Shown: piece by piece, positions 9,777-19,343 of the stretch | How positions within the stretch are numbered: position 1 is the first letter of the stretch | How the letters are laid out: each line of letters begins with the position of its first letter | From: a virus | Taxonomy: Duplodnaviria > Caudoviricetes | Virus record (IMG/VR): IMGVR_UViG_3300036782_000035 | Span: 1 to 52,761 of that record | Length of the DNA stretch: 52,761 nucleotides | Strand: one strand, 5' to 3' | Made by a program: the position numbers and the translations under genes | Notes under the pieces: generated by a model | The model's database searches: none | Told to the model about the DNA's origin: nothing | Seen by the model: the letters and a program-made list of their open reading frames with translations, nothing else

Positions 9777-12700
9777 ATGACGATCGCCGGCGACCAGACC
9801 GCCACCGGGCAGGCCCCGGCCACCACGACCACGGTCACCCTGACCTGGGGGACGAACCCCACGGCCGGGGCCAAGGCGATCGTCGTAGTCATGGGATCGG
9901 CGACCGTGACCAGCGTGGTCGACAACGGGACCACGCCGAAGACGTTCACGGCCGACGTATCTGTCACCGCGTCGGGCGCGAACAGGTACGTCTACCGGGC
10001 CGACGGCATCACCCTGCCTGCCTCCGGTTCCTACCACGTCACCATCACGGCGGCGTCCGGCCTGTACGTGGCCCAGGGCCGCACCTACACGGGGGTCGCG
10101 ACGGGCGGCCCGGCGACGAGCAACAGCGCCACCGGCACCAGCACGTCCGTCAGCAGCGGGAGCGTCACGCCGTCCGTCACCGGGTCGCTGGTCATCGGCG
10201 GGATGATCGACGACAGCAGCCTTGACCCTGAGACGATCACGCTCACCACCAGCGGCGCGACGAACCTCTACACCAACACCAACGGCAACAACTTCTGCGG
10301 CGGCGTCGCCGACCACATCGTCTCCGGCACGAGCGCGCAGACGCTGGCCTGGACGCTCGGGGACTCGGCCGACTGGGCGGGCATCGCCGCCGTCTACAGC
10401 CCGGCATCGGGCACTCCGCACACGGACACCGCCTCGCTGGCCGTCACCCCGTCGACTACGGCCACCAGGCAGCACGGCGCGAAGGACTCGGCGGCGCTCA
10501 CGGTCGCCCCTTCCGAGTCGGCGACGCCCTCGCACGGCCATGCCGCCTCCGCCTCGCTGGCCGTCACGCCGGCCTTGTCGGCGTCGGCAAGCGGCGGGGT
10601 GCCGGGCCTGACCGACAGCCCGGTAACCAGCTCTACCGGGGCCGCGACCTCCGGCGTGTTCACCACGGCCAACGCGTTCTCACCGGGCGCGGGCACGATG
10701 GTCCTGGTCCGCGTCGAGAACATGTTCACCGCGTCGCCCGGCTCGGCGGCCACGTTCACCTGCCAGGACAGCCACGGCACCAGCTACGCCAGCGCGCTGC
10801 AGGCGCAGAACAGCTTCGACGTCGCCGGGGCGGCGATCTTCTGGCACGTCTACAGTTCCGCCCCCGGGTCGACGACCCTCACGATCACCAGCTCGGTCAC
10901 CGGCACGGCGCTTGAGCTGCTCGTCTCCCCGACGCTGATCACCGGGCAGGCCAGCTCGCCGATCGGGCCGAACACGCTCAGCACCGACCCATCGGGGTCG
11001 ACGACGTCGCTCACCGGGTCGCTGACCACGACCGTGGCCGGGTCGCGCGTCTACCTCGCGGGCGGCGTGGGCTCCGGGTCGGCGATGACGGCCGCCTCGA
11101 ATACGGCCACCACGGCGACCTACAACGGGTACAACAACGCCGCGACCGGCATCAGCACGTCGGCCACCGCAACGCCCGGAGCGACCACCTTCGGATGGAC
11201 CTGCAGCCCGGCCAGCACCTTCGGCGGCAACCTCATCGGCGTCGAGGTACTGCCCGCGACGACGACCCCGCACACCGCAACCGCATCGCTGACGGTCACG
11301 CCCTCGACGTCGGCGGCGCGCTCCCATGGCGCGAAAGACTCCGCCTCGCTCACGGTAACGCCCGCCATGGCGGCGGCCAGCGCCGGCAACTGGCCGTCCA
11401 ACGCCATCCTCGACACCACCGGCAGCCCGATCCTGGACACGGCCGGCGGGTTCATCGAGGACACCAGCGGCGGCGACACCGCGAGCGCATCGCTCACGGT
11501 GACGCCCACGGCGACCGCGACCGCCGAACGCGGCCACTCGGCGTCGGCGTCGCTGACCGTTACCCCGGTGACCGCCGCGTCCGGGGACCACCCGCGCACC
11601 GCGACCGCATCGCTGACGGTAACGCCAGCCACGACGGCCGCCGGCGGGCATCCCCGCACCGCGTCGGCGTCCCTCACGGTCACCCCGGCCGGGACGGCGA
11701 CGCCAGCCCACGGGCACGCGGCAGCGGCCTCGCTCGCGGTGATGCCGGCCACGCTGGCGGAGGCCGGGAACAGCGCGTCGCTGACCGTCGCCCCGGTTCT
11801 GTCCGCGACAGCGGCCCACGGGCACGCCGCCTCCGCCGCGCTCGCGGTTACCCCGGTCACGACGGCGACCCGGCAGCACGCGGCCACGGCGCAGGCCGCG
11901 CTCACCGTCACGCCTGCCGGCTCGGCGAACGGCGAGAGCGGCCAGGGCCGCACGGCCACCGCCAGCCTCACCGTCACCCCGGCGACGACGGCGCACGCCG
12001 CCCACGGCCACGCCGCCAGCGCCGCGCTCACGGTCACCCCTGCTGGCTCGGCGACCTCGACCGCCGCCGTTCACCACACCGCCACGGCGTCGCTCACCGT
12101 CACGCCGTCGACCACCGCCAAGTCCCCGGCGCCGTTCCCCGGCTCGCCCCTTGACCTTGAGTGCTCGCTCAACCTGGCAGGCACCTGGACGGACGTCACC
12201 ACGTACGCCTACCAGCGGGCAGGCGACTCGCCCCCGATCACGATCACGCGCGGTCGTCCGGATGAGTCCAGCCAGGCCAACCCTTCCACCTGCGCATGGG
12301 AATGGAACAACAGGGACGGCCGGTTCAGCCCGCGCAACCCGCTCTCGCCGTACTACGGGCTGCTCGGCCGCAACACGCCGGTCAGGTGGTCGGTGCCCGC
12401 CGCCGCCTCCTACCTGCGACTGGAGGGCGCCGTCGGCGCGTACGCGTCCTGCCCGGAGAACGCGCGCCTCGACGTCACCGGGTCGATCGAGGTCCGCGTG
12501 GGGCTCAGGCTGACCGACTGGAACGCGTGCGACCTCGTCAGCAAGTACGACGGCACCACGGGCAGCAGCTGGATCATCAACACGCAGGATGACGGGACGC
12601 TGGTGTTCTGGTGGCGGGACAGCTCCGGGACGCTGCGGGGGGCGGTCTCAACTGTCCCGGTCCCGTTCACCGCCGGCGACTTCGCGCTCCGCTTCACCCT

Positions 12701-14924
12701 CAACGCCTCCAACGGCACCGTCACCTTCTACGTCAGTGACGGCATCGACGGCACGTGGACGCAGCTCGGCAGCGCGGTCAGCCCCACCGGCGGCGCATCC
12801 ACCTCGGTGTACTCCGGCAGCGGCACCAGCGTGCCGCTCACCGCGGGCTGGTCAGCCAACAACCCCGCCTGGCAGATGCTCGGCCGGGTCAACGGGTTCC
12901 GCGTCTACAACGGCATCGGCGGCACGGTGGTGGCCGACGCGGCGTTCGGCTCGCAGCCGAACGGGACGACGTCATGGACGGACACCGCGGGGAACGCGTG
13001 GTCGGTCAGCGGCGGCGCGGAGGTCAGCGGCCGCGACTACCGCTTCCACGGCGAGATGTCGAGCCAGCCGCCCAAGTGGGACGTCACCGGCAACGACATG
13101 AGCGTGATGGCGCAGGCAGGCGGCCCGCTCCGCAGGCTCAGCCAGGGCACCAACAACGCGATGAGCGCGATGAAGCGCGCCATCCTCCTGCAGACGGGCA
13201 CGTCCGCGCCGGTCGCGTACTGGCCGATGGAGGACAACGCGGGCGCCACCGTCTTCGGCAGCGCGACCGGCGGCCCGCCGATCACCTTCGACGCGTCGCC
13301 CGCCCCGTCACTCGCCGCCGACTCCAGCTTCATCGCCAGCGCCCCGCTGCCCACGCTCGGCGGGTCCAGGCTCCAGGCCCCGGTGCCCGGCTACACCGGC
13401 ACCGGCGCATGGGCGGTCAGCTTCCTGCTGAAGCTCAGCCCGCCCGCCGCCGACGCGGTCCTGCTCCGCGTCGTAACCCCCGGCGCGGCCTGCGGCGTCA
13501 TCTACATCAAGAGCGACACCAGCGGCGACCTCGGCATGACCGGTTACGCCGAGGACGGCAGCACGGCGTTCGACACGGCGTACTACAACTTCTCCGCCTC
13601 CGGCAACCCGCTGATGGTCTTCCTGATCGCGCAGCAGGCCGGCGGCAGCACCCAGTACAGCCTGTTCGCCGTCGCCCCCGGCGCAGACTCAGGCGGCGTC
13701 GTCACCGAGACAGCCAGCGGCGGCGCGGGCACCGTCGTCCTCATCCAGCCCGACGTGACCGGCGCTTTCACGGACACCGCCTTCGGCCACCTCCAGGTTC
13801 AGTCCCTCGCGGCGAACGGCTTCGAGCTCGGCGCGCCATTGAACGCGTGGAACGGGGAGCTGGCCGCCGTCCGGTACGCGCGCCTCGCCGCCGAGAACGG
13901 GTACGCCTGCCGCATCCTCGGCCCGCCGTCCGGCAGCGCGCAGATGGGCCCGCAAGGGCAGGCGACGCTCAGCGCCCTCTTGCAGGAGTGCGAGGCGGCC
14001 GACCTCGGCCAGCAGTTCGAGCCGCGGCAGGTGCTCGCCCTCGGCTACCGGACGCTCGCCAGCATGTGCGACCAGTCCCCGGCGCTGACGCTCGACTACA
14101 CCGCGGCCGAGCTCGGCGGCGTCGCCGCCGGCGGCGGCGACAGCGGACTCGATCCCACTTACGATGACCAGTTGTCAAAAAATGACTGGACGGTCACCCG
14201 CGGGGCGGCGTCCGGCAGCCAGGGCGCGACCGTGCAGGTCACCCTCGACGACGGCAGCGCCATGAGCGTAGGCGACCCGCCGGACGGCATCGGCGACTAC
14301 GCCAACACCCAGACCGTCAACGTCGAGTACGACGACCAGCTGCAGGACGTAGGCGGCTGGATGGTGCGGCAGGGCACGATTGACGACCTGCGGTGGCCGG
14401 TGATCCCGCTCAACCTCGCCCGCGGCGAGATGGCCGCGCTCCGCCAGGACGCCGCCGACCTTGAGCTAGGCGACATGCTCCAGATTGACGACGCGCCGGA
14501 CCTGGTGATCTACGACCCGGTCAAGCAGGTTGTCCTCGGCAGCAAGGAATCGCTCGGCGGATTCCACTACACGATGGAATTCAACGCGGTCCCGGAGGTC
14601 GCCTACGAGACGGTGATCCTGGATGACCCGGACTACGGGCGCGTCGACACCGACGGGTCGCAGCTCGCCTCGGCCGTGAGCTCAAACGCGACGACGCTGA
14701 GCGTGAGCACGACCGGGCCGTCCGGCATCATCTGGACGCCGCTGGCCGCCGACTGGCCGTTCGACATCAACGTCGGCGGCGAGCGGATGACGGTCACCGC
14801 GGTCAGCGGCACGAGCTCGCCTCAGTCGTTCACCGTTACGCGCAGCGTCAACGGGGTTGTCAAGGCGCAGGCCGCGGGCGCTGACGTCCGCCTGTGGTTC
14901 GCCCCGGTCCTGGCGCTGGCATGA
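9777..14924 (+). CDS. Large minor tail protein (1715 aa): ASLTVTP repeat region plus LamG-like and baseplate domains
   Basis: Repeats in the N-terminal half; ITITRGRPDE...NNRDGRFSPRNP, AYWPMED and C-terminal VTRSVNGVVK motifs of actinophage tail proteins. Confidence 0.8.
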   Translation: MTIAGDQTATGQAPATTTTVTLTWGTNPTAGAKAIVVVMGSATVTSVVDNGTTPKTFTADVSVTASGANRYVYRADGITLPASGSYHVTITAASGLYVAQGRTYTGVATGGPATSNSATGTSTSVSSGSVTPSVTGSLVIGGMIDDSSLDPETITLTTSGATNLYTNTNGNNFCGGVADHIVSGTSAQTLAWTLGDSADWAGIAAVYSPASGTPHTDTASLAVTPSTTATRQHGAKDSAALTVAPSESATPSHGHAASASLAVTPALSASASGGVPGLTDSPVTSSTGAATSGVFTTANAFSPGAGTMVLVRVENMFTASPGSAATFTCQDSHGTSYASALQAQNSFDVAGAAIFWHVYSSAPGSTTLTITSSVTGTALELLVSPTLITGQASSPIGPNTLSTDPSGSTTSLTGSLTTTVAGSRVYLAGGVGSGSAMTAASNTATTATYNGYNNAATGISTSATATPGATTFGWTCSPASTFGGNLIGVEVLPATTTPHTATASLTVTPSTSAARSHGAKDSASLTVTPAMAAASAGNWPSNAILDTTGSPILDTAGGFIEDTSGGDTASASLTVTPTATATAERGHSASASLTVTPVTAASGDHPRTATASLTVTPATTAAGGHPRTASASLTVTPAGTATPAHGHAAAASLAVMPATLAEAGNSASLTVAPVLSATAAHGHAASAALAVTPVTTATRQHAATAQAALTVTPAGSANGESGQGRTATASLTVTPATTAHAAHGHAASAALTVTPAGSATSTAAVHHTATASLTVTPSTTAKSPAPFPGSPLDLECSLNLAGTWTDVTTYAYQRAGDSPPITITRGRPDESSQANPSTCAWEWNNRDGRFSPRNPLSPYYGLLGRNTPVRWSVPAAASYLRLEGAVGAYASCPENARLDVTGSIEVRVGLRLTDWNACDLVSKYDGTTGSSWIINTQDDGTLVFWWRDSSGTLRGAVSTVPVPFTAGDFALRFTLNASNGTVTFYVSDGIDGTWTQLGSAVSPTGGASTSVYSGSGTSVPLTAGWSANNPAWQMLGRVNGFRVYNGIGGTVVADAAFGSQPNGTTSWTDTAGNAWSVSGGAEVSGRDYRFHGEMSSQPPKWDVTGNDMSVMAQAGGPLRRLSQGTNNAMSAMKRAILLQTGTSAPVAYWPMEDNAGATVFGSATGGPPITFDASPAPSLAADSSFIASAPLPTLGGSRLQAPVPGYTGTGAWAVSFLLKLSPPAADAVLLRVVTPGAACGVIYIKSDTSGDLGMTGYAEDGSTAFDTAYYNFSASGNPLMVFLIAQQAGGSTQYSLFAVAPGADSGGVVTETASGGAGTVVLIQPDVTGAFTDTAFGHLQVQSLAANGFELGAPLNAWNGELAAVRYARLAAENGYACRILGPPSGSAQMGPQGQATLSALLQECEAADLGQQFEPRQVLALGYRTLASMCDQSPALTLDYTAAELGGVAAGGGDSGLDPTYDDQLSKNDWTVTRGAASGSQGATVQVTLDDGSAMSVGDPPDGIGDYANTQTVNVEYDDQLQDVGGWMVRQGTIDDLRWPVIPLNLARGEMAALRQDAADLELGDMLQIDDAPDLVIYDPVKQVVLGSKESLGGFHYTMEFNAVPEVAYETVILDDPDYGRVDTDGSQLASAVSSNATTLSVSTTGPSGIIWTPLAADWPFDINVGGERMTVTAVSGTSSPQSFTVTRSVNGVVKAQAAGADVRLWFAPVLALA

Positions 14925-14934
14925 GGAGGCAACG

Positions 14935-15435
14935 ATGACCGCAGCTGGCCAGGTCTACGCGGGCAGCAGGGAAACAGCGGCGATGCTGCAGGGCGTCGCG
15001 CCGCTGTCGGCGTACAAGGCAACCAACCAGCCGGGATCAGGCAGCACCCTGGCCAACGACAGCGCCCTGGTTATCCCGCTGCAGGCGAACGCCGTCTACG
15101 ACTTCGAGCTGATCCTCGGCTACTTCGGCGGCACCCAGGGCAGCAGCGACATCAAGCTCGGCTGGTCACTCCCGTCCGGCGCGTCGATGGGCTACACGGT
15201 CTACGGCAACACCACTGGCGGGAACCCCACGGACGCGCCCTGGTACACCGCCTCGTCTACCCCAGCGCTGGGCACCAACGGCACGGGTACCAACATCGGC
15301 GCGATCCTGTCCGGCACCGTCAGCGTCGGCGCCAATGCAGGGAACATGCAGCTGCAGTGGGCCAGGAACGCCGGCAGCGGCACGGCCCCCACAGTCCTGG
15401 CCGGATCGATTCTCCTGGCCTGGCAAGTGCAGTAA
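14935..15435 (+). CDS. Minor tail protein (paralog A)
   Basis: GAGGAGG SD; GDIKLGW..PSGASM..LQWA motifs. Confidence 0.7.
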   Translation: MTAAGQVYAGSRETAAMLQGVAPLSAYKATNQPGSGSTLANDSALVIPLQANAVYDFELILGYFGGTQGSSDIKLGWSLPSGASMGYTVYGNTTGGNPTDAPWYTASSTPALGTNGTGTNIGAILSGTVSVGANAGNMQLQWARNAGSGTAPTVLAGSILLAWQVQ

Positions 15436-15455
15436 CTCAACGAAAGGAAGACGAG

Positions 15456-15767
15456 ATGGTTCTCACGGTGGGCGACCAAATTTACATTGTCGAGGGATCT
15501 GGCTCTGACAGCGAAACCTATGCATTCCTGGTGCTTCCGATGGAGAACGCAACGAATATCCGGTCCCCTGATCTCGCGAGTTACAACCAGGACAACGGGG
15601 GCGTGAATTCGCTCCTGGACGGGGAATACACGCGAGCCTCCTTCCTTGTGGCGCTCAAGGGACTCTTTGACGACCAGACCTACGGCACGGGCGACCAGGC
15701 CATCACGATCACGAGCCCGAAGGTCTACGAGGTCACCCAGACGCAGACGGACATCACTCCTTCGTGA
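15456..15767 (+). CDS. Hypothetical acidic protein, lower GC
   Basis: AAAGGAAG SD; sits between two paralogous tail genes. Confidence 0.6.
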   Translation: MVLTVGDQIYIVEGSGSDSETYAFLVLPMENATNIRSPDLASYNQDNGGVNSLLDGEYTRASFLVALKGLFDDQTYGTGDQAITITSPKVYEVTQTQTDITPS

Positions 15768-15796
15768 AAACCCTGCGCCTCGGCATACCCCTGATT

Positions 15797-15829
15797 GCCC
15801 GGCGCGCGCTCCGCGAGCGCGCGCCGGGC
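15797..15829 (+). other. Perfect 15-bp-stem hairpin
   Basis: GCCCGGCGCGCGCTC-CGC-GAGCGCGCGCCGGGC; no U-tract. Confidence 0.7.
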
Positions 15830-15861
15830 GGCAGGCCGTTCCCTGGCGCACGGGAGGTCCA

Positions 15862-16356
15862 GTGACTGCCCCCGCGAAGTTCTACAAGGGCGGCCGGCCG
15901 ACCGGTGCGGCGGTGCGCGGCATCGCGCCCATCGCCGCGTACAAGACGCTCGCTGAGTCGGTGGTGTCCAACAACACCACGCTCCAGGCCGACGACGCGC
16001 TGCTGCTGCAACTCAACGCCGGAGCCGTCTACCTGTTCAAGCTCAAAGTCGGCTACACCGCCGCCAACGGCACCGGCGACATCCACTTCGGCTGGTCGGT
16101 CCCGTCCGGCGCGTCGATGGGCTACGCCGCCTACGGCGACACCGGCGGGGCTGCCAGCGACGCACCCTGGTACACCACGGCGCAGACCCCCGTCTTCAGC
16201 GGCAACGGCACAACCCCGTGCGGCGCGATCATGAAGGGCACCTGCGTGACCGGCGAGGCCGGCGCCCTGCAGCTGATGTGGTGCCAGCACACCAGCAGCA
16301 CGACCGCGACGACCGTGCTGTCCGGGTCGGACCTCCTTGCCTGGCAGGTCGCATGA
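15862..16356 (+). CDS. Minor tail protein (paralog B)
   Basis: GGAGG SD; collinear similarity to 14935-15435. Confidence 0.7.
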   Translation: MTAPAKFYKGGRPTGAAVRGIAPIAAYKTLAESVVSNNTTLQADDALLLQLNAGAVYLFKLKVGYTAANGTGDIHFGWSVPSGASMGYAAYGDTGGAASDAPWYTTAQTPVFSGNGTTPCGAIMKGTCVTGEAGALQLMWCQHTSSTTATTVLSGSDLLAWQVA

Positions 16357-16649
16357 GCGCGTGGCTGCTGGTGCCGCTGGCGTTCCTCGCGATGGCCGCG
16401 CAGGACATCCTCTGCGTGGTCATGGTGCGGGCCGAGGGAACCGGGCGGGCACACCGGGCGGCGGCGTGCGACACGCTGCAGGACGCCTGCGGGCTGGCGT
16501 CGCTCGGCGCGGTCGGCGGCTCCCTGTTCGTCGGCGGTGACCTGCTGCTGTCCGGTGCGGTCGTCGCGGCGCGGCTGGCAGGCGACTACGCCGGCACGTA
16601 CGCCGGAGTGCGGGCCGGCGTGTGGCTCGACGGGAGGGGAACGCGGTGA
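16353..16649 (+). CDS. Membrane protein (lysis region)
   Basis: ATGA overlap; hydrophobic segments. Confidence 0.55.
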   Translation: MSAWLLVPLAFLAMAAQDILCVVMVRAEGTGRAHRAAACDTLQDACGLASLGAVGGSLFVGGDLLLSGAVVAARLAGDYAGTYAGVRAGVWLDGRGTR

Positions 16650-17026
16650 CGTGGCTGAAGCGCGCGGCGAAGTGGGCACCGGTTATCGCCCTGGCTCTGC
16701 TCGTCGTCTTCTGGCGGTACGGCGTTCAGCGCTGGCTCACGGTCCACACCGGCAGCAGCAACATGCCGGGGACGCCGCCGAACTACAACTTCTTCTCCGG
16801 CAGCGGCTCGATCCTGCTGCCCTGGATCGGCCAGGGGCTGATCGTCGGGCTGCTGTTCTGGTGGCACAACCAATGCGGCGTCCACGGCTGCTACTGGTAC
16901 GCCCAGCGGACCACGGCCGCAGGTGACCGGGCATGCCGCCGGCACCACCCGAACCAGCGGCCCACCGTCGAGGACATCCACGCGGCGCACCACGCCGCAC
17001 GGCAAACAGAGAGCGAGGATCGGTGA
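16646..17026 (+). CDS. Membrane protein with C-terminal Cys/His cluster
   Basis: GTGA overlap; two TM-like segments; YNFFSGSGS and CGVHGC...CRRHHP. Confidence 0.65.
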   Translation: MTWLKRAAKWAPVIALALLVVFWRYGVQRWLTVHTGSSNMPGTPPNYNFFSGSGSILLPWIGQGLIVGLLFWWHNQCGVHGCYWYAQRTTAAGDRACRRHHPNQRPTVEDIHAAHHAARQTESEDR

Positions 17027-17031
17027 TCTTG

Positions 17032-17544
17032 CTACGAAGCCACGTAGTCGGGGAAATTCAGGCGCGCATAGGCGCCGAACAGTTCTTTCGCCGCAGCGTC
17101 GTAGGCTTTCGCGGCGCCCAGTTCATCGGCGAAGGTTCCCAGGTGGTGCAGCTTTCCCTGGAATGTGATGCGGGCGCGCCACGCATTGCCCCTCGTCGTG
17201 CGGCCAACACCCTTGTACTGCGACGCGTGGCCGACTCCTGGACGCCGGTTGGCTCCGTTCTGGCTGGCGGTCGCGGGCCGCAGGTTCGACCGCTGATTGT
17301 TCAGCCCGTCGCCGTCCCAGTGGTCAACCCTCGGCCAGCCTGTGAGCAGCGTATGCATCAGCACCCTTGGCTTCCTGCCGGGACCGCCAGGGAGATAGCC
17401 GGTCGCATACGGGCCTTCCGTCCACCGCGAGAAGGTGAACGCCTTGGCCATCCAGTGATAGGGGATCACCAGGTCGTAGTCGGCGTCATCAACCAGCACA
17501 GGCCGACCGAGCGCATGCTTGCCGTGCAAAGGTACGGTCTTCAT
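17032..17544 (-). CDS. HNH endonuclease with AP2 DNA-binding domain
   Basis: MH...VDHWDGDGLNNQRSNLR (HNH); SQYKGV...WRARI...HLGTF...AAKAYD..A..LFG.YARLNF (AP2). Confidence 0.9.
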   Translation of the reverse strand: MKTVPLHGKHALGRPVLVDDADYDLVIPYHWMAKAFTFSRWTEGPYATGYLPGGPGRKPRVLMHTLLTGWPRVDHWDGDGLNNQRSNLRPATASQNGANRRPGVGHASQYKGVGRTTRGNAWRARITFQGKLHHLGTFADELGAAKAYDAAAKELFGAYARLNFPDYVAS

Positions 17545-17655
17545 GTCGGACCTTCCGAGAGGGTTAAAGGTTCGGCCGTGCCCCGGCCTGTTACCGCAGG
17601 TGCGGGGCTTTGTTGTACCAATTTTACGCATTCGCGTGCTAGGAAAGGGCGTTAG

Positions 17656-18051
17656 TTGAAATGGCGGCCGACAACATCATGGGCGGCGTGGTGGCAGGCG
17701 ATCGCGTTCCCGGTCATGCGGGATATCTGCTGCCTGGGAACGGGCCTGTACATGCTCATCGGGCAGGCGCAGTCAGCAGACCCGTCCAGCCTGCTCATCA
17801 CCGCCGGGCTGATCCTCGTCGCCCCGATCGCGGCCATCCACGGGTACCAGGTGCTTACCGGCCCGTCCTCCACGCCGCATACCGAGCTGCCGTCCTCGGA
17901 GCGTGCGCTGCCGCCGTCGTCCTCGCGGCCATCATCTGGGGAGGGTGGCTCGGGTGAACAAGCTCCGTTACGCCTTCGTCGCGCTGGTTGCCTTGTCGCT
18001 GGTCATAGGCGGCCTCTCGGTCCTGTTCTCGGTCAGCTACTACCACCGTGA
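17656..18051 (+). CDS. Membrane protein (holin-like candidate)
   Basis: TTG start after AGGAAAGG; two hydrophobic segments; C-terminal extent uncertain. Confidence 0.5.
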   Translation: MKWRPTTSWAAWWQAIAFPVMRDICCLGTGLYMLIGQAQSADPSSLLITAGLILVAPIAAIHGYQVLTGPSSTPHTELPSSERALPPSSSRPSSGEGGSGEQAPLRLRRAGCLVAGHRRPLGPVLGQLLPP

Positions 18052-18274
18052 GCAGGCATCGCAGCAGCACCAGGCGGCCCAGCAGCAGGCCGCGCAGAAG
18101 CAGCAGGGCGAGCTGCTCGAGCACCGGCTGTGCACCACCCTCAGCCGCCTCGCCGCGCTTAAGCCGCCGGCGGGGAACGCCGGGGCGAACCCGGCGAGGG
18201 GCTTCGACCAGCAGCAGCAGGCCGTGCTCGCCGAGCTCGGCCCGGACGTCGGCTGCCCCGCCAGTCACCACTAG
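17954..18274 (+). CDS. Single-TM membrane protein
   Basis: N-terminal TM, Gln-rich coil, two Cys. Confidence 0.6.
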   Translation: MNKLRYAFVALVALSLVIGGLSVLFSVSYYHREQASQQHQAAQQQAAQKQQGELLEHRLCTTLSRLAALKPPAGNAGANPARGFDQQQQAVLAELGPDVGCPASHH

Positions 18275-18283
18275 GAGGAACCC

Positions 18284-18436
18284 GTGAATGACAAGCAGTT
18301 CGCCGCCGTAGTGCTCTTCATCGTCGCCGCGATCCTGGCGGCGGTGGCCGCGTGCGTGCCGCCGGCGTACCAGCGGCTGCTCGGCCTGGCGGTGGCCGCC
18401 GCCGCACTGGGCGCGGCGGTTCAGGTATCGGCGTGA
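18284..18436 (+). CDS. Small 2-TM protein (holin candidate, 50 aa)
   Basis: AGGAGG SD; VNDKQFAAVVLFIVAAILAAVAAC...LLGLAVAAAALGAAV. Confidence 0.55.
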   Translation: MNDKQFAAVVLFIVAAILAAVAACVPPAYQRLLGLAVAAAALGAAVQVSA

Positions 18437-18579
18437 GGCCGCCCTGCGCCGTGTGCGGCTGCCCGCACGAGAGCCACAAGCACAATCACCGCGGGACGTA
18501 CTGCGGGCGTCCTGACGGCTGCGACCGCTACCAGCCCCGCCGGACCCGGCGGTGGCAGATCTGGAGGAGGACAGCATGA
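18433..18579 (+). CDS. Small Cys/His-rich protein
   Basis: Overlaps coupled at both ends; CAVCGCPHESH.H...YC...C. Confidence 0.5.
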   Translation: MRPPCAVCGCPHESHKHNHRGTYCGRPDGCDRYQPRRTRRWQIWRRTA

Positions 18580-19343
18580 CCATCGCGATGCCTGACAGCA
18601 TCGTCCCGGCGAACATGCCGCACGGTTACGACGCCTACCTTGCCTACGTTGACGGCGAGCGCAGCAGGGACGCGGACGCGGTGAAACAAAGTTTCGCCGG
18701 CGCGCACATCCTGACGCTGACCGTGCTCGGCGGCGGTGCCGTGGCCGACGGGTGCGACATGGAGCCGGGCGATCTCTCGCCTGCCAGCGCTGCGGACTGG
18801 CTTCACCAGCGGATCCAGGCGGGCCAGTGGCGGCCGGTGCTGTACGCCTCGCGGGACAACGTGCCGGCGGTCATCTCCGGGCTTGCCGCGCTCGGCGTGA
18901 ACCGGGCTCAGGTGCGCCTCCTGACCGCGCACTACGGCGAGGGCCAGCATGTCTGCTCGCCGACAGCGTGCGGGTGGATGCTCACCGCCGACGGGACGCA
19001 GTGGACCGACAGCTACCCGGGTGCCGGCGGATCCGCGATCGACATGTCAGCGCTGAACGACGGCTTCTTCGGAGCGCCCCCGTCGGCACCACCCGCACCC
19101 GCAAGCGACTGGACGGAGAACATCATGCAGCAGCTCCCCACCCTCACCACGGGCGCGACCGGCACCCACGTGCGCACCGCGCAGTTCCAGCTCAGGGAGA
19201 AGGGGCGGACCGAGGTGACGGTCGACGGCTCGTTCGGCCCGGTGACCGCTGCCGCTGTCAGCGCGGTGCAGGCTGACCGGCACCTGACGGAGGACGGGAC
19301 GGTCGGGCCGCAGACGTGGCCCGTGCTGCTCGGCGTCGAGTGA
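18576..19343 (+). CDS. Endolysin: GH25-like catalytic domain plus peptidoglycan-binding domain
   Basis: DxExG and P.LY.S motifs; C-terminal VDGSFGPVT...DGTVGPQTW (PG_binding_1). Confidence 0.8.
   Translation: MTIAMPDSIVPANMPHGYDAYLAYVDGERSRDADAVKQSFAGAHILTLTVLGGGAVADGCDMEPGDLSPASAADWLHQRIQAGQWRPVLYASRDNVPAVISGLAALGVNRAQVRLLTAHYGEGQHVCSPTACGWMLTADGTQWTDSYPGAGGSAIDMSALNDGFFGAPPSAPPAPASDWTENIMQQLPTLTTGATGTHVRTAQFQLREKGRTEVTVDGSFGPVTAAAVSAVQADRHLTEDGTVGPQTWPVLLGVE

Noticed and set aside
10420-12125. Repeats as a CRISPR array or DGR template/variable pair
   Set aside because: Repeats are degenerate and protein-level; no cas or reverse transcriptase gene and no adenine-specific mismatch pattern seen.
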